Shown: positions 25,955 through 39,170, numbered from the stretch's first letter. The stretch is DNA of 64,000 nt from Octopus vulgaris (GCA_951406725.2 OX597822.1:95108001-95172000); one strand, 5' to 3'. The notes: a model not told the origin generated them from the letters alone. Numbers and translations: made by a program.

Positions 25955-26460
25955 TCGAACACACAATCATAGGTCTTTCGAGATCACTCACACTATCATC
26001 TTCAAGCAACTCACCATCTTAGGAAACAACAACTCTCATTTGTCCGACTTAGAACTGCTGCTCTGAGGTATGAGCACTCGCCTCTCTATCTTTTCCTTTC
26101 TCGATGTACCTCACCCTCTTTCTTTGGTATCGCCACGTCTGATACCAACCCTTTCTTCTTTTGTTACTCCTACCATTCCGCTTTTGACATTTCCTGTTCG
26201 TCTCTCAGAATTAATATGCTCAGTCTTCTTTCACTTCTTTTAGAAAGTGACCGATAGAATAAGTACTAGGCTTACAAAAGAATAAGTCCTGGGGTCGATT
26301 TGCTCGACTAAAGGCGGTGCTCCAGCATGGCCACAGTCAAATGACTGAAACAAGTAAAAGAGTAAAAGAGTATATATAAGCAATAATAAATCTCCGGTGC
26401 TTACCATGCGTTGACGAGAGGCAATTACCTTGAAACTATAGTCCGTATGTAGTACTTAGG
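25955..26460 (+). mobile_element. Probable Penelope-like 3' end/pLTR with hammerhead, interrupted by a SINE A 3' fragment (26249-26371)
   Basis: Pyrimidine-rich UTR-like stretch followed by the hammerhead at 26405-26449; short ORF end IIFKQLTILGNN. Confidence 0.5.
26405..26449 (+). ncRNA. Minimal type-I hammerhead ribozyme motif (C3U variant)
   Basis: CATGCG-TTGACGA-GAGG-caatta-CCTT-GAAAC-TATA-GTC-CGTATG; 6-bp stem I, 4-bp stem II, palindromic loop III, GUC site. Confidence 0.72.
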
Positions 26461-26951
26461 TCTTCGAGGGAGGATGACCTCCCTTTGCAAACAACACAAG
26501 GGCACTGAGATAGTGTCTAAAGTCCATCTGGTGACGTTGATCGCCTGGGGCTAAAAGCATCAGTAACACCCCACCTCCAGTGGCTAGCCACATTCAGATG
26601 GCTAGTACACCTTACGTTAAGTATATATAAATTTTCCTAGAATCAAAGTGGGTAACGTTGTCGCATTTACCTGTTAACCTCCGTGAGAGTATAAAAGAAC
26701 TCCAGTTAGTTTGGTTTACTGACCTCAGTCTATCTTCACATCGGTAAATCCATACGACTCTATAGACTGCATGTTTTCGGTAAAGAAAATGATAAATTTA
26801 TAATAACGTACAATTAATTATTTCTTTTCGTTTCTGCACCTACATTTTGGTTAATTGCCACAGATACATGTGTAGCTGCAGAAACGAAAAGCAGTAATTA
26901 AGTGTTAAATAAAATTGGATATAAATCTCTATTCTCCTTTATTATAAATTT

Positions 26952-27110
26952 GGAGTGGCTGTGTGGTAAGTAGCTTGCTAACCAACCACATGGTTCCAGG
27001 TTCAGTCCCACTGCGTGGCAACTTGGGCAAGTGTCTTCTGCTATAGCTCCGGGCCGACCAATGCCTTGTGAGTGGATTTGGTAGACGGAAACTGAAAGAA
27101 GCCTGTCGTA

Positions 27111-27147
<37 letters not shown>

Positions 27148-27366
27148 ATGTGTGTGCGTTTGTGTGTGTGTGTGTTTGTCCCCCTAGCATTGCTTGACAA
27201 CTGATGCTGGTGTGTTTACGTCCCCGTCACTTAGCGGTTCGGCAAAAGAGACCGATAGAATAAGTACTGGGCTTACAAAGAATAAGTCCCGGGGTCGATT
27301 TGCTCGACTAAAGGCGGTGCTCCAGCATGGCCGCAGTCAAATGACTGAAACAAGTAAAAGAAAGAG
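26952..27366 (+). mobile_element. SINE family A
   Basis: Matches the family; intact 3' tail. Confidence 0.93.
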
Positions 27367-27460
27367 ATATATAATTTAGATTCAAATGAATATGGTACAT
27401 AATTTAGGTGCACCAGAATTTTGTATGGTGTTATCCATAAAAATCCGTGGGATGATTATA

Positions 27461-27610
27461 ATCAAAATAAGCAACAAGAATGACTCCGGTAATTTGGTAC
27501 GATCGTTTCGTACTACATCATTTTAAATTGTAATACTTACAACATTTAATTAAATAATGTAGTACGAAACGATCGTACCAAATTACCGGAGTCATCCTTG
27601 TTGCTTATTT

Positions 27611-27614
<4 letters not shown>
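27461..27614. repeat. Fold-back (27461-27529 / 27548-27614) carrying the hammerhead 3' half CGAAAC-GATC-GTA
   Basis: Arms are reverse complements; abuts (TA)n. Confidence 0.85.
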
Positions 27615-27664
<50 letters not shown>

Positions 27665-27910
27665 ACATGATATATATATATATAATATATATGCACACAC
27701 ACGCACACGCACACTCATACACACACTCATGCACAAACTCACACGCACTCACACACACTTCTACCTACATATATTAATATACGCATAGGCAAATACATAT
27801 GTACATAGGAATCCAATACAATATAAACTGCAGATCCAGTCCAGGGATGGGTCCATGTGTAGCGTATGTATAAGAGAACACAAAATTTTGAACCCCACCT
27901 GCATTTCCCA

Positions 27911-27956
<46 letters not shown>

Positions 27957-28065
27957 CATATAGATACATACATACATATGTATATGTATGTATGTATATG
28001 TATGTATATGTTTGTGTGTTGTGTGTGTGAGTGTGTATATGTATGTGTGTGCGTACACACACACA

Positions 28066-28141
<76 letters not shown>

Positions 28142-28144
<3 letters not shown>

Positions 28145-28270
28145 GGTGTCCCCAAAAAATGTATACACACCTTAAATAATTGTAAATTTGTTATCCTTTG
28201 TAAGCCTAGTACTTATTCTATCGTTCTCTTTTGCCGAACCACTATGTGTATACATTTTTTGGGACACCCT
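28142..28270. mobile_element. ~130-bp Tc1/mariner-type MITE containing a SINE A fragment
   Basis: TIRs CAGGGTGTCCCCAAAAAATGTATACACA / TGTGTATACATTTTTTGGGACACCCT, TA flanks. Confidence 0.85.
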
Positions 28271-28718
28271 ATATATATATATATAATGTGAATATGTATA
28301 TGTATACGTATATACATATCTATATATACGTATGTATATATATGTATATCTATATATATATATATATATATATATACGTACGTACGTACGTACATACATA
28401 CATACATACATACATGCATACATACATACACACATACATACATACATACATACATACATACATACATACATACATACATACATACAGATTAGTGCCGTTC
28501 CAGCCTAACCGTTAATTTCGGAATATTCTTTCATTTAATTGTAGAAATAGAAGAAACTATGGTATTCAGCTGCATCGAGATGAGAAATAGTTTGCGTTGT
28601 TAACGCCGTTGCTCTACCCAACCATCGTGAATTCTACACCAAAGCAGTTATTTTGCGGAGATTGTGTTAATAACTGCAAGTTTGTGTTCTTAATGTTTCT
28701 TTAGAGAAGGTATTGTTT

Positions 28719-28948
28719 AAGGTGAGCTGGCAGAAACGTTAGCACGCCGGGCGAAATGCGTGGCCGTATTTCGTCTGCCGCTACGTTCTGAGTTCAAATT
28801 CCGCCGAGGTCGACTTTGCCTTTCATCCTTTCGGGGTCGATAAATTAAGTACCAGTTACGTACTGGGGTCGATATAATCGACGTAATCCGTTTGTGTGTC
28901 CTTGTTTGTACCCTCTGTGTGTAGCCCCTTGTGGGCAGTAAAGAAATA
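28719..28948 (+). mobile_element. SINE family C, near full length
   Basis: Matches 59348-59579; flanks GGTATTGTTT / GGCATTGTTT. Confidence 0.93.
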
Positions 28949-29183
28949 GGCATTGTTTAAGGTGAATTTGCAAAATACTCCAGTTCTTTGTATATAAATA
29001 CAAATATATATACAAATATATATATATAAATATATATATAGATATATATAAATACATATATATACAAATATATATATATAAATATATATAGATAAAATAA
29101 ATAAGTAAAAGAGTATACATACACATATACAAATATATAAACAAATATATAAATAAATATATATAAATACAAATATATATATA

Positions 29184-29372
29184 GGCGCAGGAGTAGCTGT
29201 GTAGTAAGTAGCTTGCTTACCAACCACATGGCTCCGGGTTCAGTCCCACTGCGTGGCATCTTGGGCAAGTGTCTTCTACTATAGCCCCAGGCCGACCAAA
29301 GCCTTGAGAGTGGATTTGGTAGATGGAAACTGAAAGAAGCTCGTTGTATATAGATATATGTGTGTGTGTGTG
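29184..29372 (+). mobile_element. SINE family A, 5' half
   Basis: Head through the internal microsatellite. Confidence 0.88.
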
Positions 29373-29428
29373 TATTTTTTGTATTCATTGATATTATTGA
29401 ATAAATGTCATCAAATAAATGTCTTAAA

Positions 29429-29774
29429 GCTGTATCATGCGCGGGGACATAGAAATAATCGGACTGAATACCCGATCGCGCGGTTAAACAATTGGGAGTG
29501 AAGGACTCCTAGCCTTTGTTAGGGCATCCTTCTAGGAGAAGGGAGCTCAGGTAACTGGTATAACTCCGACATAAAACCTGCGGCTCAGTGGTTACCGATG
29601 ATGTTGAATTGTTCTTCTTTTCGGATTATGGCTGCCGTTGCTTAGTGAGTGGGATTGTCTCAGTGCACAGCCTTTCCTCACTTTAAAAAAATCTTGCACA
29701 GGCATTGCACGATAACAACATTGATTAAGCTTCGTGCAATGGCCATACTCGATAACGAGGGGGCAGCCACCATG
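29429..29774 (+). mobile_element. Family E element, 5'-truncated, (TATG)n tail
   Basis: Near-identical to 18506-18855. Confidence 0.87.
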
Positions 29775-29958
29775 TATGTATGTATGTATGTATGTATGTA
29801 TGTATGTATGTATGTATGTATGTATGTATGTATGTATGTATGTATGTATGTATATTGTAAAATAACAGTTTGATTCGGCTACGAGCAATTTAGGTTCGTA
29901 GGGATATCAAACGAACCTAACTTCTCACTGCGCGTATGTGTGTTTGTATGTATACGTC

Positions 29959-30036
<78 letters not shown>

Positions 30037-30054
30037 AATATATATATATATTTT

Positions 30055-30453
30055 TTTTACTTGTTTCAGTCATTTTACTGTGGCTATGCTGGAGCACCGC
30101 CTTTAGTTGAACAAATCGACCCCAGGACTTATTCTTTGTAAGCCTAGTACTTATTCTATCGGTCTCTTTCGCCGAACCTCTAGTTACGGGGACGTAAACA
30201 CACCAGCATCGGTTGTCAAGCGATGTTGGGGAGACAAACACAGACACACATACATATATACACAATACATACACACGCACATACATATATACATACATAT
30301 ATTTATACGACGGGCTTCTTTCAGTTTCCGTCTACCAAATCCACTCACAAGGCTTTGGTCGACCCGAGGCTATAGTAGTAGACACTTGCCCAAGATGCTA
30401 CGCAATGGGACTGAACCCGGAACCATGTTGTTCGTAAGCAAGCTACTTACCAC
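30055..30453 (-). mobile_element. SINE family A
   Basis: Matches the family. Confidence 0.92.
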
Positions 30454-30557
30454 GACGTCTGTATGTATATGTATAAGCAAAAGAATTTGTACATGTATAC
30501 AGGTGTATATATGTATATAAGTAAATGTGTGTGTAAATATATACATATATTCTTATG

Positions 30558-30606
<49 letters not shown>

Positions 30607-30764
30607 AGATAAGAAAATGGAGAAATACAAGATAATACAGTAAATGAATTGATTGCATCGCAATCATTAACATTTATGCATTAACTTTGTTGGGTACTTC
30701 ACTAGCAGTATATTGGATATATGTTATCCCATGGAGGGTTGCATTTACAACCCCTATCTCAATT

Positions 30765-30890
<126 letters not shown>

Positions 30891-31268
30891 CATTTGTGTA
30901 TGTGTGATAGACATCCAATAGATATTTAAAAGAATGTAATGAAAGCGATTTGTAGGTAATCTGTAATTGTTTATTTAAAGTTTTAATCAAAGGAATTAGA
31001 GAGGCATGTTACAAATCTAGCTGAAACTAGTTTCGGTTAAAATGGGACCTCACCATAAAAAAAAATTCTTTATTTTTAAAAAAATATATTTCGAATAAAA
31101 ACTAATTCTAGTTATTTTAATTAATCAAGGTGAGTAATTTGACATGAACAGGGAACATCAGACTACAAACTTTACAGCATTTAATTTTTGCCTCTCAACG
31201 TTCGCAGCTCAAATTCAGCAGAAGTCGGTTCTCTTTGACTTCATTGCAGGAGATGCTAATACCAACAA

Positions 31269-31653
31269 TGGAAGCACTCCGTCGGTTATGACGACGAGGG
31301 TTCCGGTTGATCCGAATCAACGGAACAGCCTGCTCGTGAAATTAACGTCTAAGTGGCTGAGCACTCCACAGACACGTGCACCCTTAACGTAGTTCTCGGG
31401 GATATTCAGCGTGACACAGAGAGTGACAAGGCCGCCCCCTTGAAATACAGGTACAACAGAAACAGAAAGTAAGAGTGAGAGAAAGTTGTGGTGAAAGAGT
31501 ACAGCAGGGATCACCACCATCCCCTGCCGGAGCCTCGTGGAGCTTTAGGTGTTTTCGCTCAATAAACACTCACAACGCCCGGTCTGGGAATCGAAAACGC
31601 GATCCTATGACCGCGAGTCCGCTGCCCTAACCACTGGGCCATTGCGCCTCCAC
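31269..31653 (-). mobile_element. SINE family B, full length
   Basis: Reverse complement of 16132-16514. Confidence 0.95.
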
Positions 31654-31837
31654 TCTAACATACAGTTGATTCTTCTTAGTGTATCCCCCTTTGTTGTAAA
31701 ACTGGTTCTTCTTCGCCAATCCTAAATGAAATCCGTAATCTAGTTTATTGCACATTTATTATCCTGTATCCTGAAGGTCCAGAAGATGAAAGAGAGCTTG
31801 AAAGAATATAAACAGCAATGATATAATTTCTTCTAAA

Positions 31838-31985
31838 TTCAGAGGTGCAGATGAGGGCAGCTGCATCGAACTCTCTCATGCATCAAATGGCAGTTGCTAA
31901 AAAGCATTCGTGAAGTGAAACCATTTAGCAACACCAAATGGCGGTGCCCCAGCATGGCCACAGCTCGTGAGCTGAAACTAGAATA

Positions 31986-32018
<33 letters not shown>
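31838..32018 (+). mobile_element. CR1-like LINE 3' end with (AATC)n tail
   Basis: EVQMRAAASNSLMHQM then GGCGGTGCCCCAGCATGGCCACAGCTCGTGAGCTGAAAC; homologous to 62565-62785. Confidence 0.75.
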
Positions 32019-32019
<1 letters not shown>

Positions 32020-32043
32020 ACCGACGTACCATCTCAAAAATAT

Positions 32044-32172
32044 GCATGGCTGTATGGTAAAAAGTTTGCCTCTTAGCCACATGGTTCCCGGTTCAGTCCC
32101 ACAACGTGGAACCTTGGACAAGAGTTTTATACTATAACCCTGGGTTAACCAACAACTTGATGGAAACTCGTC
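32044..32172 (+). mobile_element. Old, diverged SINE A 5' part
   Basis: GGCTGTATGGTAA...CCACATGGTTCCCGGTTCAGTCCC. Confidence 0.7.
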
Positions 32173-32176
32173 ATGA

Positions 32177-32229
<53 letters not shown>

Positions 32230-32236
<7 letters not shown>

Positions 32237-32537
32237 ATCATGTGATCGACCTGATTATAGGATGTTGTTATGCATCGCAGGTTACAATGCACTTTGCATC
32301 GTTTTTGCGTTCGAATGATGTCACCTCGCTGGCTTAGGCAGCCAGGGGGTGCCAATATATCCTTTGATCGGAAAAAAAAATCTGTCGCAGGGTTACCTAT
32401 TTATAGCTGAGTGGACTGGGGCAACGTAAAATGAGGCGTTTTCCTCAAGAACGCAATGCGCAGCTGGTCTGAGAATCGAAACCTCGATCTCAAGATTGTG
32501 AGTGCAACATCCTTAACCACTAGGTCATGCGCCTTCA

Positions 32538-32538
<1 letters not shown>
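32230..32538 (-). mobile_element. SINE family D (tRNA head, CORE-like centre, D tail)
   Basis: Minus strand GAAGGCGCATGACCTAGTGGTTAAGG..GTTTCGATTCT..CCAGTCCACTCAGCTATAAATAGG..GATCACATGATCACGTGA. Confidence 0.8.
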
Positions 32539-32572
<34 letters not shown>

Positions 32573-32625
32573 TATGTATATACATACCTATATACATATA
32601 TAATGTATGTATATATATATGTATA

Positions 32626-32657
<32 letters not shown>

Positions 32658-32686
32658 ATGTATATATATATATATATATATATAAT

Positions 32687-32759
<73 letters not shown>

Positions 32760-33072
32760 CATACATACATATATATATACATATATACATACATAATATC
32801 TATCTATATATGTATGTATGTATATACATAGAGTTAATAAATGAAGTCGAGAGAATCTCTAAATAGAAAAACAGTAGGGCTCAAAAGATTTCAACTTGCA
32901 CTACAAAATCTTTACTGGGGACCAAGTCAGCGGAGTAGAGTGGCTATAAGAGGAATCCAGGGGAGCAGATATGAAGATATATCAAACGCAAAGAGTTTTA
33001 TCTGTTTATTTGCATCATTGTCACTCTCTCTCCTCTCTCTATGTATGTGTGTGTATGTGTATACACACACAG

Positions 33073-33131
<59 letters not shown>

Positions 33132-33232
33132 TACACACACATACATATATAAATATGAAATATACAGATGAGGAAATAATTTTGTATTTAAATGCAATTT
33201 AATGCTAATAATATAGCATGAACAGTATAAAT

Positions 33233-33283
<51 letters not shown>

Positions 33284-33287
33284 CATA

Positions 33288-33470
33288 TAGTTAATCCAAA
33301 CAAGAAAACACAGAAAAAAAACACAGCAACGCGAGGACGTGGAACAATTAAAGTATTATTTGACGCTCAGGAAAGAAGGGGAGGAGGGTTTAACGTTTCG
33401 AGCGGAGCTCTTCGTCGGAAACAAAGGAGAAGGAAAGATCCCGAGAAGGGAAGACAGAGGAAAAAAAATT
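33288..33470 (-). mobile_element. Second copy of the hammerhead-bearing element (motif at 33388-33422)
   Basis: Motif identical to 22070-22104 while the flanks have diverged. Confidence 0.7.
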
Positions 33471-33622
33471 TTTTGCTGATGGTGCTCAAGAGATGTCACT
33501 GAGACCCAATGGTGTCAGGTAATGCAGAATAAGTGCTATAGACAGACCATACTTACGTTCCAGATTCGGTAATTTTGCGAATAAGGGGTTCAACTTTGGT
33601 TCTATGTCAGCGGGTGTATATA

Positions 33623-33755
33623 AGAATTTTTTGCGTAATGAGATAAAAAAAACCCCAAGGCTATGTAGATATTAGAGCATTTATAGATAGATAAATATTT
33701 CTATAAATGCTCTAATATCTACACAGATTTGTTTTCTTATCTGATTACGCAAAAA

Positions 33756-33760
<5 letters not shown>
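33623..33760. repeat. Fold-back (33623-33687 / 33700-33760) abutting (TA)n
   Basis: AGAATTTTTTGCGTAAT..TGTAGATATTAGAGCATTTATAG is mirrored. Confidence 0.85.
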
Positions 33761-33800
<40 letters not shown>

Positions 33801-33975
33801 ATTATGGGAGAGGCTGTGTGTATCTCTGGACCACCGAATACTTAAGGTCGGATAATGAGATTTCACATGTGCAGCCTCACAAGAAGAACAAAATAAACAG
33901 CTAATGCATCCAATACCACTCATACCAGGCACGCAGAAGCACCTCAACAGCAAGTGGAATGAAACTGCCAGCGTC

Positions 33976-34208
33976 TACTGAATCTAAACAAGGTAGATGG
34001 ACGTGTTAGACCCGAAGACGAAGGTTTTGTAACTAAGTGGTACAGCAATTGAATATATCACCCGAAGAAATACAACTGGATCCCATTATACAGGTATACC
34101 GTACCAAAATCAAATTCCTGTATATGAAGAAGTATGTTGTATAGAAACATGTGTACTGATTTAAAAAATAACTGTCTAAACGTATTCCTTGCTGACTCTA
34201 TCAGATTC

Positions 34209-34280
<72 letters not shown>

Positions 34281-34322
34281 TGCATATATACATACATATG
34301 TGTACATAGTTACATATATATG

Positions 34323-34372
<50 letters not shown>

Positions 34373-34615
34373 TATATGAGTACAGGACGTCACAAAACGT
34401 AAACAACATGAAATACGAAGGCGAACTTGGGTATGCGAACAACGAAAGAAACAAACGGAAAACAAGACAAGTAGCATAAAGAACAATCCCTTCGTCAGTT
34501 GTCGACTGTTTATCTACACCACATTTCGTGTAATTCACGACAATATGAAGCTTCGAAAAACAGTTGGTCCCGCGAACCAAAATAAAATTTGGGATTTGCG
34601 GAGGGTCAAAGCTGG
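33976..34615 (+). repeat. Local duplication, copy 1 (copy 2 at 38121-38740)
   Basis: ~620-640 bp near-identical, including both flanks of a (TA)n tract. Confidence 0.92.
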
Positions 34616-35057
34616 TAACAAAAACAGGACAGTGGAGACATACAACAAACCAAACGAACACAAACATGGAGGGTTGTTAGGCCAGACGAGGTAAAGTAGC
34701 GAACGCTGGAGGAATATTTTTTGACAAAAGAAAAGATAGGAGAGGAGTCAGATAAGAATGCGTCTGGTCTGTGCGACAGACTGAAGGAAAAGAAAGATGA
34801 TCACGTGAGGAAAAGAAAGATGGACGATGGTCACGTGTGAGCAACGAGAGAGGGTAAAGTTTATCTTAATAATTTTTATGTGACTCTACCCTGTACTGTT
34901 CTCTCTCTGCTCCTTTCGTTTTCTCTCTCTTCCTTTCTCTAAGTCCAACGACTATCAGGAAGACACTAGCAAAGAAATGAAAACAGAATTGAAAGAAAAT
35001 GAAATGAAAAAAATAGTGATCATAACAACAACAACAACCACAATTATAATAACAATA

Positions 35058-36145
35058 GTGAAGTGCAGAATAAACAATACTACCGACAGTGACAAATGCA
35101 GAATGTGCGGTGAGAGAGGTGGAACGGTATGGCACAGCGTTAGCGAATGCAGAAATTGGCACAATGCATATAAAAAAGATGCCGTGACAATGTGGCAAGA
35201 ATGATTCATTGGGAGCTCTTTGGAAATCACGGCCTGCAAAGAGTAAAGACGTGGTATGAAAAAAAAACCCAGAAGGTGTCACCGAGAATGAGTAATGCAA
35301 AAATCTGTGGGATGCAATGATTCAGTGTGGTCACCCGACCAGACAGCGGGGACTGGATATTGTTGTGGTGAATAAAAAACAAAAAAAAACATGCATGATA
35401 ATCGACATAGCATGTCCCAGTAACAACAGGATCGAAGCGAAAGAAAAAATAAAGAACTAGGCGCAGGAGTGGCTGTGTGGTAAGTAGCTTGCTTACCAGC
35501 CACATGGTTCCGGGTTCAGTCCCACTGCGTGGCACCTTGGGCAAGTGTCTTCTACTATAGCCTCGGGCCGACCAAAGCCTTGTGAGTGGATTTGGTAGGC
35601 AGAAACTGAAAGAAGCCCGTCATATATATGTATATATATGTATATGTGTGTGTATATGTTTGTGTGTCTGTGTTTGTCCCCCCAACATCGCTTGACAACC
35701 GATGCTGGTGTGTTTACGTCCCCGAAACTTAGCGGTTCGGCAAAAGAGACCGATAGAATAAGTACTAGGCTTACAAAGAATAAGTCCTGGGGTCGATTTG
35801 GTCGACTAAAGGCGGTGCTCCAGCATGGCCACAGTCAAAATGACTGAAACAAGTAAAAGAGTAAAAGAGTTTGAAGTGGAAAATACGAAGGTTGTGGTCA
35901 ATAAGGAGAGTAAACGTGATACTAATAGTAATTGGTGCACTCAACTACCAACATGGCTGGAAAAGATCGTCGGTGCAAGTGTGAAGGTAGAACACCTACA
36001 AAAACCAGTATTGTTTGGGACTGCAAGAATTCTTCGCAGGGTTCTTGAAGGATGACTAGTAAACGAGTGTCACCTACGTCTTCTGGCTGTGGACAGCAGA
36101 CACTTTCCATTACACCCAGCAGAATAAGCTGTGAGTTTTCATCAC

Positions 36146-36146
<1 letters not shown>
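35058..36146 (+). mobile_element. RLE non-LTR retrotransposon 3' part, split by SINE A, ending in (AAT)n
   Basis: DKCRMCGERGGTVWHSVSEC (CCHC), CMIIDIACP, HLQKPVLFGTARILRRVLEG*. Confidence 0.88.
35460..35870 (+). mobile_element. SINE family A, full length
   Basis: Complete head, internal microsatellite and AGTAAAAG tandem tail. Confidence 0.95.
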
Positions 36147-36213
<67 letters not shown>

Positions 36214-36267
36214 GATGATGATGATGATTATAATAAATACTACTACTACTACTACTACTACTACTAT

Positions 36268-36309
<42 letters not shown>

Positions 36310-36310
36310 C

Positions 36311-36374
<64 letters not shown>

Positions 36375-36410
36375 ATAATAATAATGATAATAAAAATAAT
36401 AATAATAAAC
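36147..36410. repeat. Compound trinucleotide microsatellite (AAT/GAT/TAC/CAC)
   Basis: Direct inspection. Confidence 0.95.
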
Positions 36411-37195
36411 TAAAATAAGTTGGGGCGCATTTGATACAACATAGGCTAAAGTGTCATAATAAGCATACCCACACAACAGTGATAAATTGAACTCTATTAT
36501 GGTGATCAGGATATTCCTAGATCACGTTCGCCTTCTACTTTGAGTGCTCTTTGACCTCTCTCGAGTACAACATCGATCTTTCGAATTCACCTTTAAGTAT
36601 CTTTGGTTTTGGCGGAACTGCGAAGTGTTTCACACTTATTCCTAGCTGCAGGAAGATTGTGTGATTTTCTATGAAAAAATTGATAGAGCTAGCCGGGTGT
36701 TGATGATACGTATATGAGTGGCTTGCTTGAACATGCAATGAAAAAATGGAAGCCGTGGAGTGATCAGCGTCGAAGCATGTGTTCTCAACGAAATGTAGAT
36801 GATTAGATCGGTATTTGGCAAATAGCAAAGAACTGTTCTTGCAGTATATTGCAGAAGACAGCAGCCTGGTTTAAGTACTGAGAACAAGAAGGTGGACAAG
36901 GAAAAACATGTGGTAGAAAAATAAAGCAAACACGAAAAGTATGAAAAAAAATACAGTCCACCACCACCGCCACCACCACCGCCACCACCACCACCACCAA
37001 AAACTGAACTGTCATGGGATTTACTGAAAGATAAATACATGCACACACACATACATACACATACACATACACGCGCACACACATATATATATTATATTGT
37101 ATATATATAATATATATATATTATATATATTGGTAAAAACGGTAAGATAACAAAAGAAAGAAAGAGACCTTAATATTATGTAAATAGAGGAAATT

Positions 37196-37358
37196 TATCT
37201 GTAAAATAATATGTGACAATTATTCAATAGCCAAGATAAATGAGATAAATGGGATGGCCAGATAACCGAAGAGATGGTGGTGTGGTTTCACCTCGGCATC
37301 CGAAACTCAGAGTTTTATCTTGGCTACCGAATAACTGTCACATATTATTTTACAGATA
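37196..37358 (+). mobile_element. Fold-back element with type-I hammerhead-like motif at 37255-37326
   Basis: GCCAGATAA-CCGAAGA-GATG...CATC-CGAAACTC-a-GAGTT-TTATCTTGGC; same family as 2207-2387. Confidence 0.68.
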
Positions 37359-37373
37359 TATATTATATATATG

Positions 37374-37403
<30 letters not shown>

Positions 37404-37404
<1 letters not shown>

Positions 37405-37688
37405 ACTTATAAATAAGGGCAAACGAAAAAATTTCTAATGCCAACTATGCCGAAAAATTGGACATATTGTCCATTACCATATAATTTTTCACAATACGCA
37501 CGATACTCGAAAAAAAGCCGACAGAAATTTCTAAAAATTCCATTATTTTAGAAATTTTTTAGAAATTTCTGTCGGCTTTTTTCGAGTATCGTGCGTATCG
37601 TGATAAATTATATGGTAATGGACAATATGTCCAATTTTTCGGCATATTTGGCATTAGAAATCTTTTCGTTTACCCTTATTTATAAGTT
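37404..37688. repeat. Palindrome with ~135-bp arms (37404-37538 / 37553-37688) within (TA)n
   Basis: AACTTATAAATAAGGG...CCGACAGAAATTTCTAAAAA is mirrored with few mismatches. Confidence 0.95.
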
Positions 37689-37770
37689 GTTTATAATTTT
37701 AACCCTTAAAGGTATTTTTTAATATGCTGGCCATTGATAAATTTTTTTACGAAAAAATTTTATCCTATAT

Positions 37771-37847
<77 letters not shown>

Positions 37848-38120
37848 GGAGATAGAAAGAGAGAGAGATAGAACCTAGAGAACAAAATCTCTTAAAACAA
37901 ACTCGTAAAAAAACATATATACAACCAACCAAACTCTAATTAATGTAGGTTACGTGGTGACGAAATGAAGGCTGTGACCCATTGCATATTTTCCTGTAAA
38001 ATAGTCGCACAGAAATTATGTGAAACACGATAAAAAAGTGTATTTACATCTGCACTGATTCTTAGTAACTCTGGAACGGTAGCGATATGTACTGACAGCG
38101 TATTAAGTAATTAACGTTCA

Positions 38121-38351
38121 TACTGAATCTAAACAAGGTAGATGGACGTGTTAGACCTGAAGACGAAGGTTTTGTAACTAAGGGGTACAGCAATTGAATA
38201 TCACTCGAAGAAATACAACTGGGTCCCATTATACAGGTATACCGTACCAAAATCAAATTCCTGTATATGAAGAACTATGTTGTATGGAAACATGTGTAGT
38301 GATTTAAAAAATAACTGTTTAAACGTATTCCTTGCTGACTCTATCAGATTC

Positions 38352-38397
<46 letters not shown>

Positions 38398-38740
38398 TGC
38401 ATATATACATACATATATGTACATAGTTACATATATATGTATATATATATATATGTACATAGTTACATATATATATGTATATATATACATATGCATATAT
38501 ATGGGTACAGGACGTCACAAAACGTAAACAACATGAAATACGAAGGCGAACTTGGGTATGCGAACAACGAAAGAAACAAACGGAAAACAAGACAAGTAAC
38601 ATAAAGAACAACCCCTTCAACAGTTGTCGACTGTTTATCTACACCACATTTCGTGTAATTCACGACAATATGAAGCTTCGAAAAACAGTTGGTCCCGCGA
38701 ACCAAAATAAAATTTGGGATTTGCGGAGGGTCAAAGCTGG
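38121..38740 (+). repeat. Local duplication, copy 2 of 33976-34615
   Basis: Near identity from TACTGAATCTAAAC to GGTCAAAGCTGG. Confidence 0.92.
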
Positions 38741-38749
38741 AATTTTGAA

Positions 38750-39170
38750 GTACAAATAAATAGAACACCATCGACCAGACATTGTTGGGGTAGAGAAAGT
38801 GATTCAGAAGAGTTATATTATAGATGTCGTCCTTGGCGATTACAATGCAACTAGCAAAGAGGACGAAAAGAAAGTACTTATTATTCGGTGCTCCAATTAG
38901 ATGTTTCAAAAATATGGCATACTCCAACTAAATTTGTAACCAATAATAATTGGAGCTCCTGGCTCCATTGCTCTCAAGTTCACAATAGACATCAAACAAC
39001 TAAATATACCATCTAAAATTGTAACCTTGCAAAAAATTGGTACTGCTTGGAACTGCCAACAATCTACGAAAGGTATTCTCTACCTGAGTTCATATAACTT
39101 GGTGAAGAATACCGAATATGTATCACTCAAGACCTGAAGCTATGCTAAAGGAACAACAACAACAACAATA
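38750..39170 (+). mobile_element. Decayed RLE non-LTR retrotransposon 3' end with (AAC)n tail
   Basis: IEHHRPDIVGVEK..YIIDV, PIIIGAPG, LVLLGTAN.LRKV. Confidence 0.75.

Noticed and set aside
36480-36900. 97-aa minus-strand ORF (36535-36828) in non-repetitive sequence
   Set aside because: No recognisable motif, non-ATG start and no splice support.
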